Shown in pieces: positions 36,826 through 45,829 of a DNA stretch of 64,000 bases. The first letter of the stretch is position 1. Every line of letters begins with the position of its first letter. Under the pieces are notes generated by a model. The model saw nothing but the letters and a program-made list of their open reading frames with translations. It was not told the DNA's origin and made no database searches. Origin of the DNA: Patescibacteria group bacterium (GTDB taxonomy: Bacteria; Patescibacteriota; Patescibacteriia; Buchananbacterales; UBA6539). The translations under genes were made by a program, and so were the position numbers. The DNA lies in contig JBAZMQ010000008.1 in assembly GCA_041649675.1 (NCBI GenBank), forward strand, positions 344 through 64,343, read 5' to 3'.

Positions 36826-37533
36826 CTATTCTTTCATCAAATTTAATATTTCTTTTTCCAAAGGTATATCAAGATTGATATTTTTTGTATCAATTATTTT
36901 TTTAATTTTAGCCGGTCTGGCGGATAAGATTATTACTTTATCTGAAAAAGAAATTGCGTCTCTAATATCATGGGTGACATATATTATTGGTATTTTAAGG
37001 ATTTTTTGCAAATTTTTTACTTCGGCAAAAAGGATTAGTTTGGTCTGGTAATCGATTGAAGCAAAAGACTCATCCATCAGTAAAATATCTGGCTTAACTA
37101 TTAAGGCTCTGGCAATAGCAACTCTTTCTTGCATACCCTCAGAGAGTTGCCAATGGTAGTAGTTTTCAAAATTATTCAGTTTAAATAAGTCAATATATCT
37201 CTCTATTTCCGCTTCAATTTTATTTTCGGAAGCTTCTAAGCCAAAACTGATATTTTGTCGAACAGTCAGCCAGGGAAACAAGCGGTTATCCTGCCAAATC
37301 ATAATTGCTTTTAATTTTTTATTATAAACTTTAGGCTGAAAAATAATTTGGCCAGCATCTTTTTCTTCTAGTCCGCTAATAATCTTTAAAAGTGTACTCT
37401 TGCCGCAGCCGGACGGGCCGACAATTGATAAAAATTCCGATTGGTCTACAACAAAATTAATATCATTTAAAACCGGTAAGATTTTATTTGTATTTGAAAA
37501 AAATGTTTTTGCAATGTTATTTATTATCAGCAT
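36826..37533 (-). CDS. ABC transporter ATP-binding protein (NitT/TauT family, SsuB/TauB-like)
   Basis: Walker A GPSGCGKST, signature LSEGMQERVAIARAL, Walker B ILLMDE. Confidence 0.8.
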   Translation of the reverse strand: MLIINNIAKTFFSNTNKILPVLNDINFVVDQSEFLSIVGPSGCGKSTLLKIISGLEEKDAGQIIFQPKVYNKKLKAIMIWQDNRLFPWLTVRQNISFGLEASENKIEAEIERYIDLFKLNNFENYYHWQLSEGMQERVAIARALIVKPDILLMDESFASIDYQTKLILFAEVKNLQKILKIPIIYVTHDIRDAISFSDKVIILSARPAKIKKIIDTKNINLDIPLEKEILNLMKE

Positions 37534-38302
37534 GTTCTTTATTTTTAATCCAAGGCAACCAAGGCAGTATATATTTTTTTTCTACCAGGTCAAAGATTTT
37601 TAAAATGATTACGCCGGTAAGCCCTAGGGTAATTTGGCCTAAGATGATTAAATCCGGCTTTAATAATTCCGCTCCCTTTTCAATAAGTTGGCCCAAACCA
37701 CCGCTACCCATAATCATTTCCGCTGGCGGGGTGACAAGAAAAGTTAAAATAATTGAATTTTTTAAACCATTGGTAATATAGGGCAAAGCGGCCGGGATTG
37801 TTACTTTATTCATGATTTTTCTTTTATTTTCGGTAAAATTTCTAGCCACTTCAAGATACCGGTAATCAATTTTTTTAATGCCCGAGATGGTACTTAATAA
37901 AGTCGGAAAGAAGGCGGCAATAATAGCGCATAAAATTATTGGTTTTTCATTCAAACCAAACCAAAGAATAAAAAGGGGCAAAAATGTTACCACCGGTATT
38001 GTGCCTATAATTAAGACTAGGGGTTTGACGGATAACTCGATTTTTTGTTGGTAGCTGATTAAACATCCAAAAATAATAGCAAGTATTGTGCCGGTAAAAT
38101 AACCTAAAGTAATATGTTTTAAAGTTAAAAGTAGACTAATCAGCAGATAGTGATAATTTTTAACCAAAGCGAAAAGCACTTTTACAGGTGAAGGTAAAAA
38201 AATGGAATTAATAAAGCCAAAGTTTACCACTGCTTGCCAAATTATTAACAGTAGCAGGAAGCTGATTGCCGGATAAATTAAATTTATTAGCTTTTTTTTC
38301 AC
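37517..38302 (-). CDS. ABC transporter permease (NitT/TauT family, SsuC-like)
   Basis: Six TM helices with an EAA-like loop. Its stop overlaps the downstream ATPase start. Confidence 0.7.
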   Translation of the reverse strand: MKKKLINLIYPAISFLLLLIIWQAVVNFGFINSIFLPSPVKVLFALVKNYHYLLISLLLTLKHITLGYFTGTILAIIFGCLISYQQKIELSVKPLVLIIGTIPVVTFLPLFILWFGLNEKPIILCAIIAAFFPTLLSTISGIKKIDYRYLEVARNFTENKRKIMNKVTIPAALPYITNGLKNSIILTFLVTPPAEMIMGSGGLGQLIEKGAELLKPDLIILGQITLGLTGVIILKIFDLVEKKYILPWLPWIKNKEHADNK

Positions 38303-38303
38303 T

Positions 38304-39320
38304 TTAATTGATTGGTGGTAAAAAATTAAAGTCAGTTTTTTTGGTTAAATCAATTTTTTGGTCTAAAAGACCATTGGCAAAATACCAGTCTTGGGCGGCT
38401 GTCATTTCAACAATATCGGGCTTAAGATCGTTGTTAATTTCAATCCACATACTTTTATCTACAATTTCTTGTTCAGTATTAGTATAATCCGCCACAATTT
38501 TAATCACTTCCTGGCGCTGGGGTTGCTGGCCAGTCTTACCTTGATTATAGTATTGGGCCGCTTTTTTATAAGCAATAAAGAATTTTTTAATCGCTTCGGT
38601 TTTAGTATTTAAGACGTCAGTGGTTGAGAGCAAAATCATATTTTGTTGGCCGGCTGGAAAAATCTTTTTAATTTCATTAGCGGCTAAAGCATTAGCAATT
38701 CCCTTATTAATGGCAATCGTCGCGAAAGGTTCATTAATAATGCCGGCATCTAAATTTTTTGCCTCTAAAGCCGCAACGGCTGGCTGTTGGTCTAAGCTTT
38801 TAGCTGAGATATCTTTAATGGTTAAGCTGGCGCTTTCCAGAATTTTGACTAAGGCGTATTGGGAAGCGCTGCCTTCACGCGGGGTAGCAATGCTTTTTTC
38901 TTTTAAATCACTAATGGTTTTGATCTGATCAGCTAGATCTTTTCTAACCAGCAGTACTGGTGTTACCCGGGCCGCATCAGCAATAATTTGCAGTTTAGGG
39001 CTTTTAGCCAAAGCATTGAAGGTTCCGGCCGAGCGGGAGGCAATAATGATATCTAATTCTCCTTTCTCTAAAGCCGGCAAAGTGATTTTTGAACTTTCAA
39101 TTCGTTCAATTTGGACATCCAAACCTTCTTGCTGAAAAAATCCTTTACTTTGAGCCACTTCTAAAACCGCACTGAGCATAGTAGTGTGGCCGCCGACTTT
39201 TAATTTTAATAGCGGCTGAACAGTTTTTTCTACTGGCTTAATTAAAGAAATGACAGCGATAGCCGCAACAGCGGCTATAATTAGAATCCCACTGCCTAGG
39301 ATTTTGATTTTTTTGGTCAT
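38304..39320 (-). CDS. ABC transporter substrate-binding protein (NMT1/THI5-like, SsuA/TauA-like)
   Basis: Signal anchor, then a periplasmic-binding fold of this family. First gene of the SBP-permease-ATPase operon. Confidence 0.6.
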   Translation of the reverse strand: MTKKIKILGSGILIIAAVAAIAVISLIKPVEKTVQPLLKLKVGGHTTMLSAVLEVAQSKGFFQQEGLDVQIERIESSKITLPALEKGELDIIIASRSAGTFNALAKSPKLQIIADAARVTPVLLVRKDLADQIKTISDLKEKSIATPREGSASQYALVKILESASLTIKDISAKSLDQQPAVAALEAKNLDAGIINEPFATIAINKGIANALAANEIKKIFPAGQQNMILLSTTDVLNTKTEAIKKFFIAYKKAAQYYNQGKTGQQPQRQEVIKIVADYTNTEQEIVDKSMWIEINNDLKPDIVEMTAAQDWYFANGLLDQKIDLTKKTDFNFLPPIN

Positions 39321-39499
39321 ATTTTTAAGATTAGTTTAAGCTTTAAAATAATTTAGTATGTCATTTCTAACTTGATAGGTCAATAACTCCGGCTATTTTT
39401 TTATTATATTTTGACAAAATTGCTAAAATGAGCTAATATTATGCTATAAAAAAGTTGTCGGTTTAACCGACAGAACTGACGCAAATTTGAAAATATAGT

Positions 39500-39595
39500 A
39501 TTTAAATTCTAAACAAATTACAAATTCTAATTTCCAATTTTTTAAATTCTTTGGAATTTATGACTTGAAACATTAGAATTTGTTTAGGATTTATA
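39500..39595. promoter_or_regulatory. AT-rich imperfect palindrome (CTAAACAAATTACAAATTCTAAT ... ATTAGAATTTGTTTAG) upstream of the TrmB-like regulator
   Basis: Inverted copies of TAGAATTTGTTTAG about 60 bp apart. The motif CAAATTACAAATTC recurs at 61667-61680. Confidence 0.4.
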
Positions 39596-40335
39596 ATTTA
39601 GAAATTAATAAATTTATGGATTTAGAAAAAATTCTGAAAAATTATGGGCTAAACGAAAAACAAGCCAAAATTTATTTGGCCTGTTTAGAATTGGGTTCGG
39701 CGCCGGTGCAGAAAATTAGCCAAAAAGCCGGTTTACCGCGCTCAACTTGTTATGAAATTTTGGAATTTTTAAAACAACAAAGTTTAATCTCGGTATTTTC
39801 TAAAAAGAAAACAAAATACTTCAGTGCTGCTGACCCAAAAGTTGTAATTGGTCTGGCTAAAGAAAAAGTCAGTTTGTTGGAGCAAGCTTTACCGGAACTG
39901 GAGGCGGTTTATGGCCAAGCAAAAATCAGGCCAACCGTTAGATTCTATCAAGGCGAATTAGGAATGCGATTGATTTTAGAAGAAGTTTTAAAAGAAGCCA
40001 AAGAGATATCAGTTTTTAGTTCCGCTGATGATTTATTTGCGACTTTGAGTTTTTATCCGGAATTTGTTAAGCGGCGATTAAAACAAAAAATTCCCGCTAA
40101 GGTAATTTTGCGCGAATCAGCCTTGGCCAAAGAACGCCAGCGGTTGGGACAGCCAGAATTGCGAGAAGTAAAAATAATTCCCGCTAATAATGATTATCAT
40201 GGCTTAATTTATATCTGGAGCAAAAAAGTTGCCATGTTTTCTTTCAAAAAAGATTTAGTTGCTATAGTCATTGAAAGTGAAGAATTGGCTAATGTTCAAA
40301 AAGCGATGTTTGATAATCTTTGGAATTTGTTGTGA
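39580..40335 (+). CDS. TrmB-family transcriptional regulator (the start is probably the internal Met at 39616)
   Basis: N-terminal wHTH KQAKIYLACLELGSAPVQKISQKAGLPRSTCYEILEFL followed by a TrmB C-terminal-like domain. Confidence 0.6.
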   Translation: MFRIYNLEINKFMDLEKILKNYGLNEKQAKIYLACLELGSAPVQKISQKAGLPRSTCYEILEFLKQQSLISVFSKKKTKYFSAADPKVVIGLAKEKVSLLEQALPELEAVYGQAKIRPTVRFYQGELGMRLILEEVLKEAKEISVFSSADDLFATLSFYPEFVKRRLKQKIPAKVILRESALAKERQRLGQPELREVKIIPANNDYHGLIYIWSKKVAMFSFKKDLVAIVIESEELANVQKAMFDNLWNLL

Positions 40336-40417
40336 TGCTAGTCTTGCAATTTTATTTGTTTTTGTTATAATAACCTTTGTAACTTTTGCGGGCTTGCCCC
40401 GCCGAAGTGAAACGTAG

Positions 40418-40515
40418 GCGGGTGTAGTTTCCGCCAAAGGCGGATCCGCCTCTGGCGAACAGTGGTAGAATGTCTCCTTGCCAAGGAGAAGATCGCCGGT
40501 TGGACCCGCACCAAA
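40418..40515 (+). pseudogene. Degenerate tRNA-Gly copy with a GC-rich double-hairpin insertion in the D-loop and a truncated T-arm
   Basis: GCGGGTGTAGTT[TCCGCCAAAGGCGGATCCGCCTCTGGCGAA]CAGTGGTAGAATGTCTCCTTGCCAAGGAGAAGATCGCCGGTTGGACCCGCACCA versus the intact gene 35 bp downstream. Confidence 0.6.
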
Positions 40516-40550
40516 GGAATACCTTTTTAAAATAGGCTTAACTATTTAGA

Positions 40551-40624
40551 GCGGGTGTAGTTCAGTGGTAGAATGTCTCCTTGCCAAGGAGAAGATCGCC
40601 GGTTCGAATCCGGTCACCCGCTCT
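40551..40624 (+). tRNA. tRNA-Gly (anticodon GCC)
   Basis: GCGGGTGTAGTTCAGTGGTAGAATGTCTCCTTGCCAAGGAGAAGATCGCCGGTTCGAATCCGGTCACCCGCTCT with a canonical cloverleaf and discriminator U. Confidence 0.88.
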
Positions 40625-40807
40625 GAGTAGTTAAGTTTTTTATTTTGGTGCGGGGTAAAAATCCGGCCTGTCCCGGCCAAAATAACCTAAAAATCAGATT
40701 TTTGTATTAACAAACAAGTCGCCAAATGTGGCGATTTTTTGGTTAAAAAAACCTGCCTTTGTGCGGTGCACTTGGGCAGGTAAGTTTATTTATTGTTCCT
40801 CCTGGGA

Positions 40808-42109
40808 TTATTTGTTTACCTCCATCATTGGCATTCGTTGGTTGAGTAACTCCAATGCTTGTTCGTAGGTTGCCGGCTGGTTGATTCCGCCCACTTTGAC
40901 GGTGCAGGAAAATCGGATTTGATCGCCGAAAGGAACACTGACTACGCCGTGTTCGTTTAGCATGTATTGCATGAACTGCTCGGCGTCGCCGAAAGTCTGT
41001 CCGCCGCCAGCCTGGGGCGCCCGGCAGAAAACAAAGAAGCCACCATCGGGCATTGAGACATCCAGGCCTTTTTGTTGAAGCACTGCGACCAGCCCTTGCA
41101 TCCGCTTTTCGTAATCGGTGTGAATTTTTGGTACGATCAATTTGAAATTGTTCAGGGCCTGTGCTGCTGCCCATTGCAGTGCCAGAGTTTGGCCCGAAGA
41201 TGAGTCTTCGTATTCCTTGCGGTAGGCCTTAATGATGGTTGGGTTGCCAACTACCCAGCCAACACGCCCGCCGGTCCAGTCCAGGGTTTTGGAAACGGAG
41301 TGTAAAACAACTCCAATATCCAGAAAGCCCGGAACGGATAAGACCGTAAACGGTTTTTGTTCGCCGTCAACCCAGCGTAAGTGGCAGTAGGCTTCGTCGA
41401 CAATCAATGCGACTTTGCGGCGCCGGCAGAAGGCAACAAGCTCTTCCCAAAAGCCGGGCACGGTGTCGTAGGCGCGGCCAGTCGGGTTATGCGGGCTGAT
41501 CAGGTAAATCGCGTGAAGATTTCTGACACTTTTCAGGAGTGAAATATCCGGAACAAAGTTGTTTTCCTTGTTGACCGGCAAAACCACAATTTTGGCGCCC
41601 AGCTTGGCTGCTTGGGTGCCAAAAACCGGATAACCCGGTGCGGTCACGGCCACGGAAATCCGGGGATTGGGCCAGCGTTGGTTGCCCGGAGCACAGAACA
41701 CTTTGGCCAGTGCGTCAAGGCTGGGTTTGATACCCCAAGCGTCCTGAACATTTATTTCCGGGTCCAAAACAAAAGCTTGAGCTTCAACGGTCAGATAGCT
41801 AAGACCAAAGACTTCATTGAGATGGTTGACTACGGCCTGCCGAAGTTCGGCTAGCCCTAGATCAGGATAGCCGTCAAAGTGGGGATAGCGAATTGCCGTT
41901 ACTACGGCTTCACGGATGATGCGATCAGGACCGTTGTAGGGTTCGCCGATGCCGAAGTTCAGCACCGTTACGCCGTGGTGAGTGGCAATATAAGCGGCAA
42001 TGAGGCGCTTGATTCGGCCGAACAAATACTCGGCCGTGTCATCGCCAAAGGTTTTGCCACCAATGCCTGGACCAAAAGCTCTTCGAATATCTACTCTTTG
42101 TTTACTCAT
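40808..42109 (-). CDS. PLP-dependent class I/II aminotransferase, likely LL-diaminopimelate aminotransferase (DapL-like)
   Basis: SVSKTLDWTGGRVGW (PLP-lysine region), 433 aa. Linked to lysA. GC-rich. Confidence 0.6.
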   Translation of the reverse strand: MSKQRVDIRRAFGPGIGGKTFGDDTAEYLFGRIKRLIAAYIATHHGVTVLNFGIGEPYNGPDRIIREAVVTAIRYPHFDGYPDLGLAELRQAVVNHLNEVFGLSYLTVEAQAFVLDPEINVQDAWGIKPSLDALAKVFCAPGNQRWPNPRISVAVTAPGYPVFGTQAAKLGAKIVVLPVNKENNFVPDISLLKSVRNLHAIYLISPHNPTGRAYDTVPGFWEELVAFCRRRKVALIVDEAYCHLRWVDGEQKPFTVLSVPGFLDIGVVLHSVSKTLDWTGGRVGWVVGNPTIIKAYRKEYEDSSSGQTLALQWAAAQALNNFKLIVPKIHTDYEKRMQGLVAVLQQKGLDVSMPDGGFFVFCRAPQAGGGQTFGDAEQFMQYMLNEHGVVSVPFGDQIRFSCTVKVGGINQPATYEQALELLNQRMPMMEVNK

Positions 42110-42153
42110 GTTCCGTTAGCCTTTCTGTAGTTACTAGCAAACCCGCAGTGGGT

Positions 42154-43443
42154 TTACTGGTTGAGTCCGATTTCGTTTTGCATCAGTTGTTCCAATGTTT
42201 GCCGCCGGCGAATCAGCAACAAGGTGCCATCATCGCGGACAAGCACACTGGCGGCAGCCGGAAACGAATTGTAACCGGCGCAATTCATTCCTTCACAGTA
42301 GGCGCCGGTGTCTTCAACAATCAAGAAGTCACCGATTTCCGCTTCAAGCAGTTCGCGGACAGCAATAGTGTTGGGGTCACCCGGAGCGGGAGTCAAAACA
42401 TCGCCGCTTTCGCAGCAGTGTCCGGAAATAACGCAGCCGATTTTTTGCCGGCTGTCATCATCTTCCTTAGGTAAAATTTCCATCAAGTGTTGGGCGCCGT
42501 ACAAAGTTGGACGGGCGACTTCGGTCATTCCCGTGTTGACTTTGACAAAGACTTGACCGTTGGGATCAGGCTTGGTGGAAACCACATCAACGACTTGAGC
42601 AATCAGGCAACCGGCTCTAGCAACCACGTAGGTGCCTGGTTCAATTTCAAGCTGCAGTTTACGTCCAGTGGCAGTGGCAAATGTCTGAAATAATTCGCTG
42701 ATTGCCTGACCGCAGATTGGTAAATCAATTGACGGTTCATCGGGCATACGGCCGATTTTTTGACCGCCGCCAAGACTAACTTCCTTCACGTCCGGAAGTT
42801 TTTTGGCAATGTTCAGAGCCATGCCAGCGACTTTGACCCAAATTTCGGGATCGCTGCCAGACCCAATATGGGTGTGGAGCCGCCTGATTTTTAGGCCATA
42901 TTGCCGGGCAATGGCTTTGGCCTCTTCAAGCTGCTCGTGCCAAATGCCAAAACTGGAGCTGGGGCCGCCGACGTTGGTTTTGCCACAGTGGCCTGAACCT
43001 AAGCCCGGGTTGACTCGGATGCTGATTTTACGGCCGGCCGCTAGGTTGCCAACCGGAACTCTCTTTATCATTTGACCATATTGCCGAAGCTGGTCCAAAG
43101 AACAGGCATTGAAGCGGACACCTTCAAGCGCTAGGACGAAAAGGTCAGCGGGTAGTTCTTGGCAGGTTAGCTGGATTCTGTTTGGCTTAATACCAGCCGC
43201 TAGGGCGCGGTGGACTTCAAAGCCAGAACTGGCATCAAAATGCAAATCAAGCTGGTTGACCAATTGCAGAACGGCTCGGTTTGGACAAGCTTTCATGGCA
43301 TAGCGGACCACTAGTCCGAAGGCCGCAGGGAAGTCCAACAGGGCCTTTGCTGCCTGATTTAACATCTCTTCCGAGTAGACATAGGTGGGCGTGCCAAATT
43401 GCTGGGCAATTGCACGCACTTGGTCAGCAGTTAGAAATTTCAC
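42154..43443 (-). CDS. lysA: Diaminopimelate decarboxylase
   Basis: Fold-III PLP decarboxylase with N-terminal VRYAMKACPN (PLP Lys), HTHIGSGSD, and a C-terminal CESGD catalytic Cys motif. GC-rich. Confidence 0.85.
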   Translation of the reverse strand: MKFLTADQVRAIAQQFGTPTYVYSEEMLNQAAKALLDFPAAFGLVVRYAMKACPNRAVLQLVNQLDLHFDASSGFEVHRALAAGIKPNRIQLTCQELPADLFVLALEGVRFNACSLDQLRQYGQMIKRVPVGNLAAGRKISIRVNPGLGSGHCGKTNVGGPSSSFGIWHEQLEEAKAIARQYGLKIRRLHTHIGSGSDPEIWVKVAGMALNIAKKLPDVKEVSLGGGQKIGRMPDEPSIDLPICGQAISELFQTFATATGRKLQLEIEPGTYVVARAGCLIAQVVDVVSTKPDPNGQVFVKVNTGMTEVARPTLYGAQHLMEILPKEDDDSRQKIGCVISGHCCESGDVLTPAPGDPNTIAVRELLEAEIGDFLIVEDTGAYCEGMNCAGYNSFPAAASVLVRDDGTLLLIRRRQTLEQLMQNEIGLNQ

Positions 43444-43506
43444 GGTTTGTCTCCTTCTGTGGTAGAATTTTTTTAAACCTCAAAATGGTAAAGGGCATAT
43501 TGAAAG

Positions 43507-43563
43507 AGGAGGCAGCTGCCTCCTTCGTGTCATTATCTTAATAGGTTTAATTTAGTTTGTCAA
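43507..43563 (-). promoter_or_regulatory. lysA promoter on the minus strand (TTGACA 43558-43563, 17-nt spacer, TAAGAT 43535-43540) with an 18-bp perfect palindrome AGGAGGCAGCTGCCTCCT (43507-43524) in the leader
   Basis: Read directly from the reverse complement. No L-box-like element is apparent in the ~125-nt leader. Confidence 0.4.
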
Positions 43564-43569
43564 TTAGAA

Positions 43570-43800
43570 TTAGATTCTATTTGAGTCTTGATTGGTCAAT
43601 TCTTGTTGCCATTCCGGCGGCATAATTGGTTTTTGATATTCGTGCCAAACCCAAAGCCAGCAGATAACGGCGATTACCAGTAAAATAGAGATTTTTAGCC
43701 AATCAGATTTGGAAACGATGTCATTGAATTTTATAGTCATAAATTTAGTATAGCCTTCGGATTTTATTTTGCCAAGCGGTAATAAAATTAATTTGCTCAA
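43570..43800 (-). CDS. Small membrane protein (76 aa)
   Basis: Single TM helix (ILLVIAVICWLWVW). Intact ORF. Confidence 0.3.
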   Translation of the reverse strand: MSKLILLPLGKIKSEGYTKFMTIKFNDIVSKSDWLKISILLVIAVICWLWVWHEYQKPIMPPEWQQELTNQDSNRI

Positions 43801-43846
43801 ACCCTTTTCTTACACTATAATGGAATAAAGATTAATTAATAAAAAA

Positions 43847-45286
43847 ATGGATAAAATCATTCGTAAAAATGCCAATTTGTTTGATGCTTTGAAAATGGAA
43901 GTTGATCCAGAGATTAAGCGTCAAAGTCATACCCGTTACACAATTTTGAAACCGGGCAAGAAGGCGAGACGGATTTTAATTTCCTCGGCTGCCTTTATTG
44001 TTACGGTTGATAGTAAAAACCAGCTCCAAGTTTGGAAAAATTATTCAGTTTATATCGTTGATGGTAAAATTAAAGAGATATTACCACCCGGTAAAAAATC
44101 AATTCCACTCAATAAAATTGATTTAATTTATGACGGCGCTAAGCGTGGTGGTATTGTGGTGACGCCTGGATTTATTAATGTCCATACTCATCCGCCAATG
44201 TATCTTTTGCGTTCTTCAATGACTTTAGACAAAGGTAATATTGTTGATCAGGTAGTGAAGATGGCGCAGCTGGAAAAAAAGATGACGGCTCAAGATTTTG
44301 TTTTGGGAGCGATTGGTGATTTTACCGAAGAACAAAAAAATGGGATTACTACGACTTTAAGCCATTATGCAGTTTTTGATTCCGTTGAACAGGCTGCCAA
44401 GCTAACTAAGCAATATGTAATTAACGCTCTGTCAGTTGTTTCCAATTCTCATCCCAAGAATTCACCGGAGATGGCAGAAAAGATTTTAGAGAATAGGAAG
44501 AAATATTTTTCACATCCGGCTATTGCCATTCATTATATTCATAAAGCCGACGAAGAGCAGTTGGCCAAAATCAAAACTCTGGTAAAAAAGTACAATGTAA
44601 TCCTAACCATGCATGCGGCCGAAACTGAAGAATGGGTGCAGGAATGCGTGAAAAAATTTGGCAAACGAACGGTTGAGGTTTTAGTTGACAGAGGGTTAGC
44701 TGGACCAAATTTGATTTTATCGCATGGCGTTCATTTTTCCGATGAAGAAATAAAATTAGTTAAAAAATATAAAATCGGGGTGGTTCATTTGCCGACTTCC
44801 AATAAACTTCATTTAAGCGGTGAATTCAAATATCCGTTATTTGTTAAATATAAAGCTGATCAGCAAATTGCTTTGGGCACTGACAGTGTAATTTCAAAAA
44901 ACAGTTTGGATTTATTGTCTGAAGCGTTGCAAGCTAGGATTATGCACCAAAGTGCCCACCGGGTGCTGTATGAGGATTTATTCAAAATGATGACTTGTCA
45001 GGCAGCCGATGTTTTGCGGTTAAACAAAGTTGGTAAAATTTTGCCTGGCTACAAAGCCGATTTGGCTTTTTGGAAACTACGAGATCGGGGATTCGTACCG
45101 TATAACGGAAAAAAACCGATAAGTTTAGTTGGCAATATGATTACTCATGGCGGCCGTAATATCCGGGATTTAATGATCAATGGTGAATTTATTATTTCCA
45201 ATCGCGTTCATAATTTAATTGATGAAAGTCAATTAATGGATGAATTACAAAAAGCTCACACTAAATTAAGAAATAAGATTGAATAA
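43847..45286 (+). CDS. Amidohydrolase-family metallo-hydrolase (nucleobase/nucleoside deaminase-like, MtaD/guanine-deaminase-type)
   Basis: GFINVHTHPPM (HxH), downstream metal-ligand His residues and HAAE. 479 aa. Lies near guaB/guaA. Confidence 0.6.
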   Translation: MDKIIRKNANLFDALKMEVDPEIKRQSHTRYTILKPGKKARRILISSAAFIVTVDSKNQLQVWKNYSVYIVDGKIKEILPPGKKSIPLNKIDLIYDGAKRGGIVVTPGFINVHTHPPMYLLRSSMTLDKGNIVDQVVKMAQLEKKMTAQDFVLGAIGDFTEEQKNGITTTLSHYAVFDSVEQAAKLTKQYVINALSVVSNSHPKNSPEMAEKILENRKKYFSHPAIAIHYIHKADEEQLAKIKTLVKKYNVILTMHAAETEEWVQECVKKFGKRTVEVLVDRGLAGPNLILSHGVHFSDEEIKLVKKYKIGVVHLPTSNKLHLSGEFKYPLFVKYKADQQIALGTDSVISKNSLDLLSEALQARIMHQSAHRVLYEDLFKMMTCQAADVLRLNKVGKILPGYKADLAFWKLRDRGFVPYNGKKPISLVGNMITHGGRNIRDLMINGEFIISNRVHNLIDESQLMDELQKAHTKLRNKIE

Positions 45287-45289
45287 TTT

Positions 45290-45766
45290 ATGTTTAACAA
45301 AAAAACTTTAGCCTTATTGTCACTGGTGAGTTTGGTTTTTATTTTGGCCGGCTGTGGCAGTAAACCTAAAACCAATCCGAATTTTGTTGATGCTTACCAG
45401 GCGGCTCAAGAGATTAATAAAGATAGTAATAATGCGCAGGCCGTTGATTCAGAACGAAATGTTAATAATATTATTACCATGATGAATTTCAATGGCAATG
45501 AATCCGATATGGCTCAGTTAAAAGTTGCGGTTAAGCAAGGAATTGAAGATGGAAAAAATCAGGGTGAATTGAATAAAACAATTATTACCGCTTCAGCCAA
45601 GGACGGCAACAATTTAGGCACTGGCTATATGTTGGGTTATACTTTTGGTTGTAAGGCCGTGACTGGTGATGAGGAAAAATGTAGTTCTAATATGGGCCAG
45701 CAGTATCAAAAGATTTTGCTTGAAGAAATGCAAAAACAAATTCCTCCTCCAGCTCCGGTTCAATAA
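45290..45766 (+). CDS. Hypothetical lipoprotein
   Basis: Lipobox LAGC at residues 18-21. Confidence 0.45.
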   Translation: MFNKKTLALLSLVSLVFILAGCGSKPKTNPNFVDAYQAAQEINKDSNNAQAVDSERNVNNIITMMNFNGNESDMAQLKVAVKQGIEDGKNQGELNKTIITASAKDGNNLGTGYMLGYTFGCKAVTGDEEKCSSNMGQQYQKILLEEMQKQIPPPAPVQ

Positions 45767-45829
45767 TATTGTTTAGAGGATAATAAAAATCGTAAAGGCT
45801 GTAATATGCCTCTACGATTTTTTGAATGG

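Noticed and set aside
40743-43541. Multiple 60-143-aa ORFs on both strands inside the aminotransferase and lysA genes
   Set aside because: These are GC-rich genes with clear PLP-enzyme motifs in one frame. The other frames have Arg/Ala/Gly-rich junk composition.
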